Source of the DNA: an uncultured Prevotella sp.
GTDB lineage: Bacteria; Bacteroidota; Bacteroidia; Bacteroidales; Bacteroidaceae
DNA length: 64,000 nt
NCBI GenBank assembly: GCA_900316015.1
Contig: ONBG01000003.1
Coordinates: forward strand, 54,473-118,472
Direction of reading: 5' to 3'
Below are positions 19,748-29,642 of this stretch, in pieces. How positions within the stretch are numbered: position 1 is the first letter of the stretch; each line of letters begins with the position of its first letter. The translations under genes were made by a program, and so were the position numbers. The notes below the pieces were generated by a model that was given only the letters and a program-made list of their open reading frames with translations, did not search any database and was not told where the DNA came from.

Positions 19748-20977
19748 TTACCTGACTCTGGATACAGTGACAGGATTTGACAGTTCTTCCTTCCATGTTT
19801 CCAGAAAGTGGAACCAATCTTCCGCCCTATGATAGCCAAAGTCTTCGTTATCACTGCAGAAGGCAATGTCGTATTGCAGGACATCCTGGGGAGTATTGAC
19901 CACAAAAGCGTAATTGTCTTGATTAGCGGGTTGCTCGCTAACGATCTCCCGACGTGGGATACAAATGCCCAGTCCGACAGTCTCTCTCTTCCAGTTGATC
20001 GTATCCCCCAACCCGGCAGGCCAATCCGTCCCCCAACAGCCACGCAAGCCTGCATGGTCGGAATATTCCTTGGATCCCTTGACATTGATGATACCTGTTG
20101 AAAACTTTAGGTCGGGCACTTTCCGCGAGAAGCTCGCCGTGACATGCACATCCCGATGCCCAGCATAAAGGACATATCGAATCACCATGGTAACAGGATC
20201 TTTCTGAGGGTCAACCCTCCATTGGTTATCTCCTACTTCTACGATGGAACGCACAGGACCCGAAGAGATAATCCGCTGTGTACGGTATTTGACATCGGTA
20301 AGAGGCTGTGGCTCTTTTCCATTCCAACCTCTCAAGGCACCTAATCCAAAGGTATTGCCTACCCAAAGCACATCATCCCCGTATCCTTTTGCCTTTTGTG
20401 CTTTGTCCGTATAGAACTGGGTATCCTTGATTTCCAGTTGACGATGGAATTTACCGTATAAGTCAATGGTCTGCCGAGGGTCGAAATAGATACGGAATCC
20501 CACAAGCTCACTCTCAAAAGCCACCCCATGATGATGCTGGAAATTATAAGACTGAGCATGACCGTCCACGGTTAAGGCCCTGATATAATAATCATGCTTG
20601 TTTTTCTCCTTCACTCCTGTATTGCGAAGTACCATCTCCGCGTAGGTGCGAGGCTGGTAAATAGGCTCATCACCATGATCGTAAAGCTGTATGGAGAATT
20701 TCTTTCGCTCTTTTCCTTTCAAGTCTGTCACGAAGCACAGTTCATCATTGTGCCCGTCTTGATTGAGATCGTCTAACTGCGAAGGAACTTCCTTACCATT
20801 TTCCATGACCACCGCGCGACGAATATGACTCCCGTAGGGCATGAGACGAATGACCACAGGAGCGGACTTCCGCTCAACGTTCGTGTTATTCTTCACGGAA
20901 TATTCTACTGTCGTTTGCGCCGATGCCATGACAAAGCCAACCATCAAGAAAGACGCAATGAGTAATCTTTTGTCCAT
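19748..20977 (-). CDS. DUF4861-family exported protein (paralog 2)
   Basis: Signal peptide; VPSQLDDLNQDG..DELCF, HHGVAFESE..GFRIYFD, IDLYGK and DVLWVG..FGLG motifs. Confidence 0.75.
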   Translation of the reverse strand: MDKRLLIASFLMVGFVMASAQTTVEYSVKNNTNVERKSAPVVIRLMPYGSHIRRAVVMENGKEVPSQLDDLNQDGHNDELCFVTDLKGKERKKFSIQLYDHGDEPIYQPRTYAEMVLRNTGVKEKNKHDYYIRALTVDGHAQSYNFQHHHGVAFESELVGFRIYFDPRQTIDLYGKFHRQLEIKDTQFYTDKAQKAKGYGDDVLWVGNTFGLGALRGWNGKEPQPLTDVKYRTQRIISSGPVRSIVEVGDNQWRVDPQKDPVTMVIRYVLYAGHRDVHVTASFSRKVPDLKFSTGIINVKGSKEYSDHAGLRGCWGTDWPAGLGDTINWKRETVGLGICIPRREIVSEQPANQDNYAFVVNTPQDVLQYDIAFCSDNEDFGYHRAEDWFHFLETWKEELSNPVTVSRVR

Positions 20978-21165
20978 TGTCGATTAAATTTTATGTAGTT
21001 TCATTGCACAAAGATAGTAATATGTGCGAAAATCGCATTAAAATTTCAACAATTTAAAGTTAAATGCGACTTTTTTAGCTAATAATTTATTTTTTTTAGC
21101 AGATTATTTGGCTTTTAAAATATTTTTTAGTACTTTTGCATTGCAACTCAAAAAGAAGGGTATTA

Positions 21166-21966
21166 GTGAAAAAGATATACGGTCTATTGTTTCTTTCAAT
21201 GGTTCTCTGCATGGCTTGCGAGTTCAAGTTCAAGCCCAATGAGAATGACGATCAGAACACTCCAATCGAAGTGAAGCGTTATGATCGACTGGAAAGCCGT
21301 TATCTTACCACTGGGGATTTCTCCGCATTGCAGGAGATGAATACTGAATACCCGCTTGAGACACGTACCCTGATCGAGAAAGTGCTCCAGATTGGAACGG
21401 TCGACGATCCTGAAATCAGCACGAAGTTCTTGCGTTTCTATCAAGACTCCACTCTACAATCCCTGATCACGAATTGCGAGACAGAATATGCCAACATGGA
21501 TGACATCAACCAGCAGTTGAACGATGCCTTCGACCAATTGCAAAAATGGTTACCTGATTTGCCACGCCCTATGGTCTATACCCAGATAACATCGCTCGAC
21601 CAAAGCATCATTATTGGTGAAAAGACCATCGGTATTTCCTTGGATAAGTACATGGGTGAGAACTATCCTCTCTATAAGAAGTATTATACTTATGAGCAGA
21701 TGAAGACGATGACGCGCAAGTACATTGTCCCGGATTGCTTAAGCTTCTACTTGCTGAGCCTGTATCCCATGGAGAATTTTGACTCCCGACCTCAGCTCGA
21801 AAAGGACTTGCACATGGCGAAAGTGTTATGGGTAGTCAATGAAGCGATGGGCATCCAGTTCTTCAAGTCGAAATATACGGCACTTGTCAGTCGTTATATG
21901 CATCGCCATCCAGCCACGACCATCGCCCAATTACTAACACTTGACGATTACCACGACTTTACGTAA
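21166..21966 (+). CDS. GldB-like lipoprotein
   Basis: Lipobox (LCMAC); IEVKRYDRLE, QSIII...IGISLDKYMG motifs. GTG start at 21166. Confidence 0.65.
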   Translation: MKKIYGLLFLSMVLCMACEFKFKPNENDDQNTPIEVKRYDRLESRYLTTGDFSALQEMNTEYPLETRTLIEKVLQIGTVDDPEISTKFLRFYQDSTLQSLITNCETEYANMDDINQQLNDAFDQLQKWLPDLPRPMVYTQITSLDQSIIIGEKTIGISLDKYMGENYPLYKKYYTYEQMKTMTRKYIVPDCLSFYLLSLYPMENFDSRPQLEKDLHMAKVLWVVNEAMGIQFFKSKYTALVSRYMHRHPATTIAQLLTLDDYHDFT

Positions 21967-22010
21967 TCGCTTCTCCCCCATTCTCTGCAAGCAGGAAAAC
22001 ATCGCCTTCA

Positions 22011-23039
22011 TTAATCTGGCAACTGATCGAACGTGCGGTGACCTTTCACGTAGTATTGCCACAGGATACTGAATGCCTTCCGCTCTGGCACAGGATCTAT
22101 CACCCTTGCCTTCTGGATTCTTTCACGGTCAGCCTTAAAGTCTGGCAACCACTTCCGAAAAGCATGGCGTGCCTTGAAGATAGCCTTGAAATCCCCGAAG
22201 TTACGGTTAAGGATCAAGGTCTCCCAAGCTGCTAAATAATCTAAGAACCAGCGCACACGCATCACCTTCCCCAATTCTTCTTCCGGCAAGTTCTTATATA
22301 ACATGGTCAGGTTATTGCGGAAGTTCAGGAACGTCTTCTTAGGATTTCCCTTGGGCAACGTACCCCCTCCAACATGATATACTTCACTGTCTGGGATACA
22401 AAAGATCTTCCGCCCCATCAGGCGCAAGCGCCAACACAAGTCGATCTCCTCATTATGGGCAAAGAAACGGCGATCCAATCCTCCTGCAGCCCAATAGTCC
22501 TTGCTGCGTATCATCAGGCATGCCCCTGTAGCCCATAATACTTCCGAGCGATAATCATACTGTCCGTTGTCCTGCTCCACGACATCAAAGATACGTCCGC
22601 GACAGAAAGGATAGCCATACTTATCTAAGAAGCCACCGGAGGCACCCGCATATTCGAAGCTGTCCTTGTCTACCTCCGAAAGCAGTTTCGGCTGGCATGC
22701 CGCTGCTTCCGGATGGCTATCCATGAACTCAATCAAAGGTGTCAACCATTCATGGGTCACTTCAACGTCACTGTTCAATAATAGATAATATTCCGCATCG
22801 ATCTGCTTCAAGGCTCGGTTGTATCCTTCGGAAAATCCCCAGTTCCTATCCAACAAAATGGTCTTGCACTCCGGGTACTTCCTTCTGACCAAATCCATGG
22901 AATCATCGGTGGAGGCATTATCCGCAATAAACACTGTTGCATCCCTCCGGGAGTATTCCAAGACAGCAGGGAGATACTGCGCCAGCATCTTCACCCCATT
23001 CCAATTGAGTATGACTATCGCTAACTTCATCCTTGACAT
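22011..23039 (-). CDS. Glycosyltransferase family 2
   Basis: VILNWNG, ADNASTD, NWGFSEGYN, LLNSDVEV, TGACLMIR, EEIDLCWR. Confidence 0.93.
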   Translation of the reverse strand: MSRMKLAIVILNWNGVKMLAQYLPAVLEYSRRDATVFIADNASTDDSMDLVRRKYPECKTILLDRNWGFSEGYNRALKQIDAEYYLLLNSDVEVTHEWLTPLIEFMDSHPEAAACQPKLLSEVDKDSFEYAGASGGFLDKYGYPFCRGRIFDVVEQDNGQYDYRSEVLWATGACLMIRSKDYWAAGGLDRRFFAHNEEIDLCWRLRLMGRKIFCIPDSEVYHVGGGTLPKGNPKKTFLNFRNNLTMLYKNLPEEELGKVMRVRWFLDYLAAWETLILNRNFGDFKAIFKARHAFRKWLPDFKADRERIQKARVIDPVPERKAFSILWQYYVKGHRTFDQLPD

Positions 23040-24395
23040 TTATTCTATGTTGACCTTCAGGGCAGTCTTGTCATGGTTGAAATCACCCAACCTGACCGTG
23101 ATCAACTCATTATCGTATTCCTCCCTTGCCTGTATGGCAGGCAGTTCCACCCGAATATAGTTCCGGGTAAAGCCATGCATGACCTTCCCTTTGGGTGCCT
23201 TTTCAAACAGCACCTCAGCCTGTTCACCCACATGGGCAGCATAAAAGGCATGGGTCTTCTCATCCGAAAGGGCCAGCAACCGTTTCGACCGAGCCTTCTT
23301 GTCAGCATCCGTCACGACATAAGGGATTGCAAGGGCTGACGTTCCCGGCCGCTCACTATAAGGAAAGACATGCAATTGCGTCACGTCTAAGCCTTTCAGG
23401 AAATCATAGCATTCCTCAAAATATTCCGGGCGTTCACCCCGGCAGCCCACCATAACGTCCACGCCAATGAAGGCATCTGGCATCTTCTCCTTGATCAGAT
23501 GGATCTTATGGGCAAACAAAGCCGTGTCATAACGCCTATGCATGAGTTTCAGCACGGCATCAGAACCACTCTGCAACGGGATATGGAAATGGGGCATGAA
23601 AGCCCTGCTATGGGCACAATAGTCAATCAATTCATCTGACAGCAAGTCGGGTTCAAGACTGCTGATCCTGAACCGGTGGATTCCCTGCACTTGGTCGAGT
23701 GCCTTCACCAAATCCAAGAAACGCTCATGGGTGGTCTCTCCAAAGTCGCCAATATTCACACCTGTCAGCACAATCTCCTTTCCTCCTTCACGAGCGGCTT
23801 GCTCAGCCTGCTCCACCAACGAGGCGATAGATGGGTTTCGGGAGAACCCCCGAGCATAAGGAATCGTACAATACGTACAGAAATAGTTGCATCCATCCTG
23901 CACTTTCAGGAAGTAACGGGTACGGTTGCCACGCGAACAGGATGGTGAGAACGTCGTGATGTCCTTTGTCTTGACATGATGGAACTCAGCTTCACCTGCA
24001 TCGTCAGCAACTCCACATTCCAGATACTTGCTCCACGCATCACTGAGATACTGGATCAGATGAGCCTTCTCGTTACTTCCCAAAACCAAGTCCACGCCAG
24101 GAATCCGGGCGACGGTATCAGCTTCCAACTGTGCATAGCAACCCGTCACCACCACGAAGGCATCCGGATGCTCCCTAACCATACGGTGAATGGTCTGGCG
24201 ACATTTATGGTCGGCGACTTCCGTCACCGAGCAAGTATTGATCAGACATAAGTCCACGTGCTCGCCTTTCTCAGCTGTACGGACTCCCATGCCCTGCAGC
24301 ATTTGCCCAAACGTAGAGGTCTCAGAAAAATTCAACTTGCAGCCCAAGGTAAAATAAGCTGCTGTCTTGCCTTGAAAGGCAGATGTATTGATCAT
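23040..24395 (-). CDS. mtaB: tRNA t6A37 methylthiotransferase MtaB
   Basis: TLGCKLNFSET, INTCSVT, VTGCYAQ (UPF0004 domain); KVQDGCNYFCTYC radical SAM motif; C-terminal TRAM domain. Confidence 0.95.
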   Translation of the reverse strand: MINTSAFQGKTAAYFTLGCKLNFSETSTFGQMLQGMGVRTAEKGEHVDLCLINTCSVTEVADHKCRQTIHRMVREHPDAFVVVTGCYAQLEADTVARIPGVDLVLGSNEKAHLIQYLSDAWSKYLECGVADDAGEAEFHHVKTKDITTFSPSCSRGNRTRYFLKVQDGCNYFCTYCTIPYARGFSRNPSIASLVEQAEQAAREGGKEIVLTGVNIGDFGETTHERFLDLVKALDQVQGIHRFRISSLEPDLLSDELIDYCAHSRAFMPHFHIPLQSGSDAVLKLMHRRYDTALFAHKIHLIKEKMPDAFIGVDVMVGCRGERPEYFEECYDFLKGLDVTQLHVFPYSERPGTSALAIPYVVTDADKKARSKRLLALSDEKTHAFYAAHVGEQAEVLFEKAPKGKVMHGFTRNYIRVELPAIQAREEYDNELITVRLGDFNHDKTALKVNIE

Positions 24396-24768
24396 AAACG
24401 TTATACCTTATTATATATAGGTGCAAAGGTACGGTAATTCCAGTGAAGAACAAAACAAACTTGTTGATTTTTTATTCACCTGCTCCCAGAACACCTATAC
24501 CCCACCGGGAAATGGCATACAGAATATTGACAAGCTCGTGTCACGGAAGAATCCAGGACAGATATACCCCACAGGGAAGTAACGTCCCCCTTTATCCTCT
24601 TGTACGAAAGATCCTATCCAACCTATTTTTTAGGATTTATGAAGAAGCCCCAAATATTTAACGTTTGTTTAATATACATAAGACATTGATTATCAGTATG
24701 TTACAAAAAAGTTACATTTTAGACAAAAAAAAGTCGATAAAAAATGAACAACATATCGAAAAAATACT

Positions 24769-24776
24769 TACCTTTG
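24769..24776 (+). promoter_or_regulatory. Bacteroidota -7 promoter box (TACCTTTG) for the small lipoprotein gene
   Basis: TAnnTTTG match 52 bp upstream of ATG 24828. Confidence 0.55.
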
Positions 24777-24827
24777 CAACGTTTTAATAAACAAATGATT
24801 GTTTTACAGATTTAAAAAGCAAAGAAA

Positions 24828-25001
24828 ATGAAGAAATTAGTTTTAATGTTCGTAGCTATTGCAGCTATCTCTTTCGCATCTTGTGGTAACAAAACAGCAG
24901 CTCCTGCAGCTAACGCTGACTCTGATACAGCAGTTGTTGACAGCGCAGCTGATTCTACAGCCGTTGATTCTGCAGCAACAGACACAACTAATGCACAGTA
25001 A
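24828..25001 (+). CDS. Small Ala/Asp/Ser/Thr-rich lipoprotein (57 aa; PG1828-like)
   Basis: Not in the ORF track (<60 aa). MKKLVLMFVAIAAISFASC|GNKTAAPAANADSDTAVVDSAADSTAVDSAATDTTNAQ; has a lipobox, its own promoter box and terminator, and GCA/GCT-biased codons. Confidence 0.9.
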   Translation: MKKLVLMFVAIAAISFASCGNKTAAPAANADSDTAVVDSAADSTAVDSAATDTTNAQ

Positions 25002-25032
25002 TAAATAGCTCGAACTGAAAAATGAGAGATTG

Positions 25033-25063
25033 CCGCTGGGATTCGTCCCGGCGGTTTTTTTTT
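25033..25063 (+). terminator. Intrinsic terminator of the small lipoprotein gene
   Basis: ccgctggga-ttcg-tcccggcgg hairpin followed by 9 T. Confidence 0.85.
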
Positions 25064-25124
25064 ATGCTTTCTCGAATCGGTTCCTCCCCTTCTATCGTGC
25101 CCTATCGATCCTCCCAAAAGCGGG

Positions 25125-25234
25125 AGATGGCCTTTTGGGCTTCAATTGATGACCTTTTGCGTCCTAACTGATGACCTTTTAAAAGGCAGGAGATAACCTT
25201 TTACAAGATGGGAGATAAGCTTTTACAAGGCAAA
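25125..25234. repeat. Five degenerate tandem units with 22-bp period (core WGATRRCYTTTT-like)
   Basis: Cores start at 25125, 25147, 25169, 25191 and 25213. Confidence 0.7.
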
Positions 25235-25237
25235 AGG

Positions 25238-25274
25238 AAAAGGTCCGCCTGCAGCCATTGCAAGCGGACCCTTT
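25238..25274 (-). terminator. Intrinsic terminator of carB
   Basis: ggtccgc..tgca / tgca..gcggacc hairpin with an A-run on its left (T-run on the minus strand). Confidence 0.7.
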
Positions 25275-25302
25275 GACTTTATGTTATTCAGACTTCAAGT
25301 TC

Positions 25303-28300
25303 TTAGTATTCTGCCCACGACTTAATGTCGATCTCATCCAAGGATAAGGTGCAGAACGCATTGATGAATGCGCTTGCCAACCGGCTATTCGTGATCAATG
25401 GGATGTTCAAGTCGATGGCTGCACGACGGATCTTATAGCCATTAGTCAACTCCCTGGGCGTCAAGTCCTTAGGAATATTCACCACCATGTCAATCTTCTT
25501 CTGATGAAGCATGTCAAGGGCTTGCGGCTGCTTGCCCTCTTCGGACGGCCAATACACCCGCGTGTTCTCCACTCCATTCTCCGTCAGATACTTGGAAGTA
25601 CCTCCTGTGGCATACAGTTCATATCCATGCTTGACCAACATCTTGGCTGCATCCAACATGTCTGCCTTCTGCTTTGCGCCACCTGTAGAGAGCAGTACGG
25701 TACGCTTGGGGATCCGTTGCCCTACGCTCAGCATGCTCTTGAGCAGTGCTTGGTTGGTATCATCTCCTAAGCATCCCACCTCACCTGTTGACGACATGTC
25801 AACGCCTAAGACTGGGTCAGCCTTCTGGAGACGGTTAAACGAGAATTGGCTTGCCTTGATCCCGACATAATCCAGGTCGAAGAGATTCTTATTGGGCTTC
25901 TCGACAGGTACTCCCAACATCACTTTCGTAGCCAAGTCTATCAAGTTGAGCTTCAACACCTTGCTAACGAAGGGGAATGAACGGGACGCACGAAGGTTAC
26001 ACTCAATGACCAGGATATCATTGTCACGTGCCATATACTGGATATTGAATGGACCACTGATGTGCAAGTCCTTGGCAATCTGGCGACTGATTCGCTTGAT
26101 CCTGCGCACCGTTTCCACATACAACTTCTGCGGAGGGAACTGGATCGTGGCATCACCAGAATGCACACCGGCAAACTCAATATGCTCAGAGATAGCGTAA
26201 GCCAAGATATCTCCATTCTTTGCCACGGCATCCATCTCGATCTCCTTGGCATGTTCAATGAACCGACTGACGACAACAGGGTGGTCTTCGCTGACATTTG
26301 CTGCCAGCTTCAGGAACCTCTCAAGTTCCTCATGATTAGAGCACACGTTCATCGCAGCCCCAGACAAGACGTAAGAAGGACGCACCAAGACAGGGAATCC
26401 CACTTTGTCGATGAACCGGTTGATATCCTCCATGGTCGTCAACGCACTCCATTCCGGCTGGTTGATGCCATTCTTGGAAAGCATGGTAGAGAACTTAGCC
26501 CGGTCCTCTGCATTGTCGATGTCCTTCGCCGCAGTACCGAGGATGGGGACATTCTGCTCATCCAAGCGCATGGCAAGGTTGTTCGGGATCTGTCCACCCG
26601 TGGAAACGATGACCCCATAAGGATGCTCCAATTCGATGATATCCATGACACGCTCAAAGGTCAACTCATCAAAATAAAGGCGATCGCACATGTCATAGTC
26701 GGTGGAGACCGTCTCCGGGTTATAGTTAATCATGATCGAGCGATAGCCTTCCCGACGGATGGTATGCAAAGCCTGCACCCCGCACCAGTCGAACTCAACG
26801 GAACTGCCGATGCGGTAAGCCCCTGATCCCAACACGATGATGCTTCGCTTGTCATCCTCGAAGGAGATATCACTCTTCACGCCAGCATAGGTGACGTACA
26901 GATAGTTCGTTTGGGCAGGATATTCAGCTGCAAGCGTATCAATCTGCTTGACAACTGGCAGGATGCCATAGCTCTTTCTCAAGTGGCGAACGACAAGCAT
27001 TGCCTTGTGCATGTTGCCCAATTCCTGCTCAAGACCTACGGCACGGGCTATCTGGAAATCAGTGAACCCATAGACTTTCGCCGTGCGCAGCAAGTCCTTG
27101 TCCAACACATTGATGCTCGTGCATTGACGCAACTGCTCGTCAATGTCGATGATATGCTTGAGTTTCTGCAAGAACCACTTATCAATCTTCGTCAAGTCAT
27201 AGATCTGATCGATGGTATAGTTCTTGTGCAAGGCCTTTGAGATGACAAAGACACGCTTGTCGGTCGGCTCCCTCAAGGCCTCATCAATGTCGGAGATCTC
27301 AAGCTCCTTGTTCTCGACAAAGCCATGCATGCCCTGTCCGATCATGCGGAGCCCTTTCTGGATCGCTTCCTCGAAGTTACGCCCAATCGCCATGACCTCA
27401 CCGACAGACTTCATGCTGGAGCCCAGTTCGCGGTCAACGCCCCTGAACTTGCTCAGGTCCCAGCGTGGGATCTTGCAGACCACATAATCGAGTGCAGGCT
27501 CGAAGAAGGCACTGGTTGTCTTGGTCACTGAGTTCTTCAGCTCGAACAATCCATATCCCATCCCTAATTTGGCAGCCACGAAAGCCAGAGGATAACCTGT
27601 TGCCTTGGATGCCAATGCCGAGGATCGGCTCAGACGCGCATTGACCTCGATGACACGATAGTCCTCGCTCTTCGGGTCGAAGGCGTACTGTACATTGCAT
27701 TCGCCCACGATTCCGATGTGGCGGATGATCTTGATAGACAAGGCCCGCAGCTTATGGTACTCACTGTTGCTCAGTGTCTGAGACGGCGCGATGACAATAC
27801 TCTCACCGGTGTGGATGCCTAAAGGATCAAAGTTTTCCATGTTGCAGACCGTGATACAGTTATCATACCGGTCGCGCACCACCTCGTATTCAATTTCTTT
27901 CCAACCCTTCAAGCTCTTCTCCACGAGGACCTGCGGAGAGAACGAGAAGGCTTTCTCAGCCAATTTGTTCAGTTCCTCCTCATTGTCACAGAAGCCACTG
28001 CCCAGTCCACCGAGAGCATAAGCAGCGCGGATGATGACGGGATAGCCTAAGTCGGAAGCTGCCTGACGAGCCTGTTCTATATTCTCGCAAGCCTCACTCT
28101 TGATTGTCTTGACGTCAATCTCCTTCAGTTTCTCTACGAAGAGCTCCCGGTCTTCCGTATCCATGATCGCCTGTACGGGCGTTCCCAACACCTTCACGTG
28201 ATATTTCTCGAGCACCCCGCTCTTGTAGAGCTGAACGCCACAGTTCAGGGCAGTCTGACCGCCAAAAGACAACAGGATCCCATCGGGGCGTTCCTTCTCA

Positions 28301-28530
28301 ATGACACGCTCCACGAAATAGGGTTGCACCGGGAGGAAATAGATTTGGTCGGCTACGCCCTCAGAGGTCTGCACCGTAGCGATGTTCGGGTTGATGAGCA
28401 CCGTATAGATTCCCTCCTCGCGCAAAGCCTTCAACGCTTGTGACCCAGAATAGTCAAACTCACCGGCTTCGCCGATCTTCAACGCTCCTGAACCCAGAAG
28501 CAACACCTTCTTTATATTCTCGTCTTTCAT
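25303..28530 (-). CDS. carB: Carbamoyl-phosphate synthase large subunit
   Basis: LGSGALKIGEAGEFDYSG, two ATP-grasp repeats (IEVNARLSRSSALASKATGYPLA; IECNLRASRSFPFVSK), C-terminal MGS domain. Confidence 0.99.
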   Translation of the reverse strand: MKDENIKKVLLLGSGALKIGEAGEFDYSGSQALKALREEGIYTVLINPNIATVQTSEGVADQIYFLPVQPYFVERVIEKERPDGILLSFGGQTALNCGVQLYKSGVLEKYHVKVLGTPVQAIMDTEDRELFVEKLKEIDVKTIKSEACENIEQARQAASDLGYPVIIRAAYALGGLGSGFCDNEEELNKLAEKAFSFSPQVLVEKSLKGWKEIEYEVVRDRYDNCITVCNMENFDPLGIHTGESIVIAPSQTLSNSEYHKLRALSIKIIRHIGIVGECNVQYAFDPKSEDYRVIEVNARLSRSSALASKATGYPLAFVAAKLGMGYGLFELKNSVTKTTSAFFEPALDYVVCKIPRWDLSKFRGVDRELGSSMKSVGEVMAIGRNFEEAIQKGLRMIGQGMHGFVENKELEISDIDEALREPTDKRVFVISKALHKNYTIDQIYDLTKIDKWFLQKLKHIIDIDEQLRQCTSINVLDKDLLRTAKVYGFTDFQIARAVGLEQELGNMHKAMLVVRHLRKSYGILPVVKQIDTLAAEYPAQTNYLYVTYAGVKSDISFEDDKRSIIVLGSGAYRIGSSVEFDWCGVQALHTIRREGYRSIMINYNPETVSTDYDMCDRLYFDELTFERVMDIIELEHPYGVIVSTGGQIPNNLAMRLDEQNVPILGTAAKDIDNAEDRAKFSTMLSKNGINQPEWSALTTMEDINRFIDKVGFPVLVRPSYVLSGAAMNVCSNHEELERFLKLAANVSEDHPVVVSRFIEHAKEIEMDAVAKNGDILAYAISEHIEFAGVHSGDATIQFPPQKLYVETVRRIKRISRQIAKDLHISGPFNIQYMARDNDILVIECNLRASRSFPFVSKVLKLNLIDLATKVMLGVPVEKPNKNLFDLDYVGIKASQFSFNRLQKADPVLGVDMSSTGEVGCLGDDTNQALLKSMLSVGQRIPKRTVLLSTGGAKQKADMLDAAKMLVKHGYELYATGGTSKYLTENGVENTRVYWPSEEGKQPQALDMLHQKKIDMVVNIPKDLTPRELTNGYKIRRAAIDLNIPLITNSRLASAFINAFCTLSLDEIDIKSWAEY

Positions 28531-28538
28531 TGCTTGTC

Positions 28539-29615
28539 TTATTTAAGTGTTTCTACAAACTTGTCGAACATGAACTCCGTATCCACGGGACCCGCACATG
28601 CCTCTGGATGGAACTGAGAAGAGAACCAAGGGTTCTCCTTATGCCGGATACCTTCATTGGACCCGTCATTCATATTGACGAACAATTCTTCCCAATCCTT
28701 GCCCAAAGTCTTGGCATCTACGGCATAGCCATGGTTCTGGCTCGTGATATAGCAATGGTTGGTACCAACCAAGCGCACGGGCTGGTTATGGGATCGATGC
28801 CCGTATTTCAGTTTATAGATTTTGGCACCTCCTGCCTTGCCCAAGAGTTGGTTCCCCATGCAGATCCCGCAGATAGGTTTCCTGCTCATGCTCATCTGCT
28901 TGCGGATGATGTTAACGGCATCCACGCACATATCAGGGTCACCAGGACCATTGGCAAGGAACAGTCCGTCGAAATCCATGCCAGTATAATCATAGTTCCA
29001 AGGCACCCGGATGACTTCCACCCCTCGCTTGATCAAGCATCGGATGATGTTAGCCTTCACGCCACAATCCACGAGGACCACCTTTTTGCCTGCACCCTCA
29101 TTGTAAGTGATGACTTTCTTCGTGCTCACTTGGTCGACAAAGTTAACCCCTTCGTAATGAGCTTCAGGGATATTGTCTGGTTCGTCATCGAATAAGATCT
29201 TTCCCATCATCACCCCGTGCTCGCGCAAGACCTTGGTCAGCTCCCGGGTATCAATGCCCGTGATGCCAGGCACCTTCTCTCGCTTCAGCCAATCACCCAG
29301 GCTTTCCACAGCGTTCCAATGGGAATACTGCTCACTATAATCAGCGACGATAATAGCCGAGGCATAGATCTTGTCACTCTCCATGAAGGTAGGAATGCCA
29401 TTCTTCTCAATGGTGAAAGGAGGCACGCCATAGTTGCCCACCAAAGGGTACGTGAGCGTCATCAGCTGACCTGCATAAGAAGGGTCAGTGAGACTTTCAG
29501 GATAGCCCATCATCGCCGTGTTGAAAACCACTTCACCTGCAACAGGGACATCATATCCAAAACTCTTTCCGTGGAATTTGGTCCCGTCAGATAAGACAAG
29601 CGTTACATTTTTCAT
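28539..29615 (-). CDS. carA: Carbamoyl-phosphate synthase small subunit
   Basis: GEVVFNTAMMGYPESLTDPSY, NGPGDP, GICMGNQ, SQNHGY, QFHPEA. Confidence 0.98.
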   Translation of the reverse strand: MKNVTLVLSDGTKFHGKSFGYDVPVAGEVVFNTAMMGYPESLTDPSYAGQLMTLTYPLVGNYGVPPFTIEKNGIPTFMESDKIYASAIIVADYSEQYSHWNAVESLGDWLKREKVPGITGIDTRELTKVLREHGVMMGKILFDDEPDNIPEAHYEGVNFVDQVSTKKVITYNEGAGKKVVLVDCGVKANIIRCLIKRGVEVIRVPWNYDYTGMDFDGLFLANGPGDPDMCVDAVNIIRKQMSMSRKPICGICMGNQLLGKAGGAKIYKLKYGHRSHNQPVRLVGTNHCYITSQNHGYAVDAKTLGKDWEELFVNMNDGSNEGIRHKENPWFSSQFHPEACAGPVDTEFMFDKFVETLK

Positions 29616-29642
29616 GTCTATATATTATTTATGGATTCTTAT

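Noticed and set aside
24812-25117. 101-aa minus-strand ORF in the track
   Set aside because: It is antisense to the real 57-aa lipoprotein and runs through its terminator.
25125-25234. CRISPR interpretation of the 22-bp array
   Set aside because: Cores are about 12 bp and degenerate, spacers are 10 bp, and no cas genes are present.
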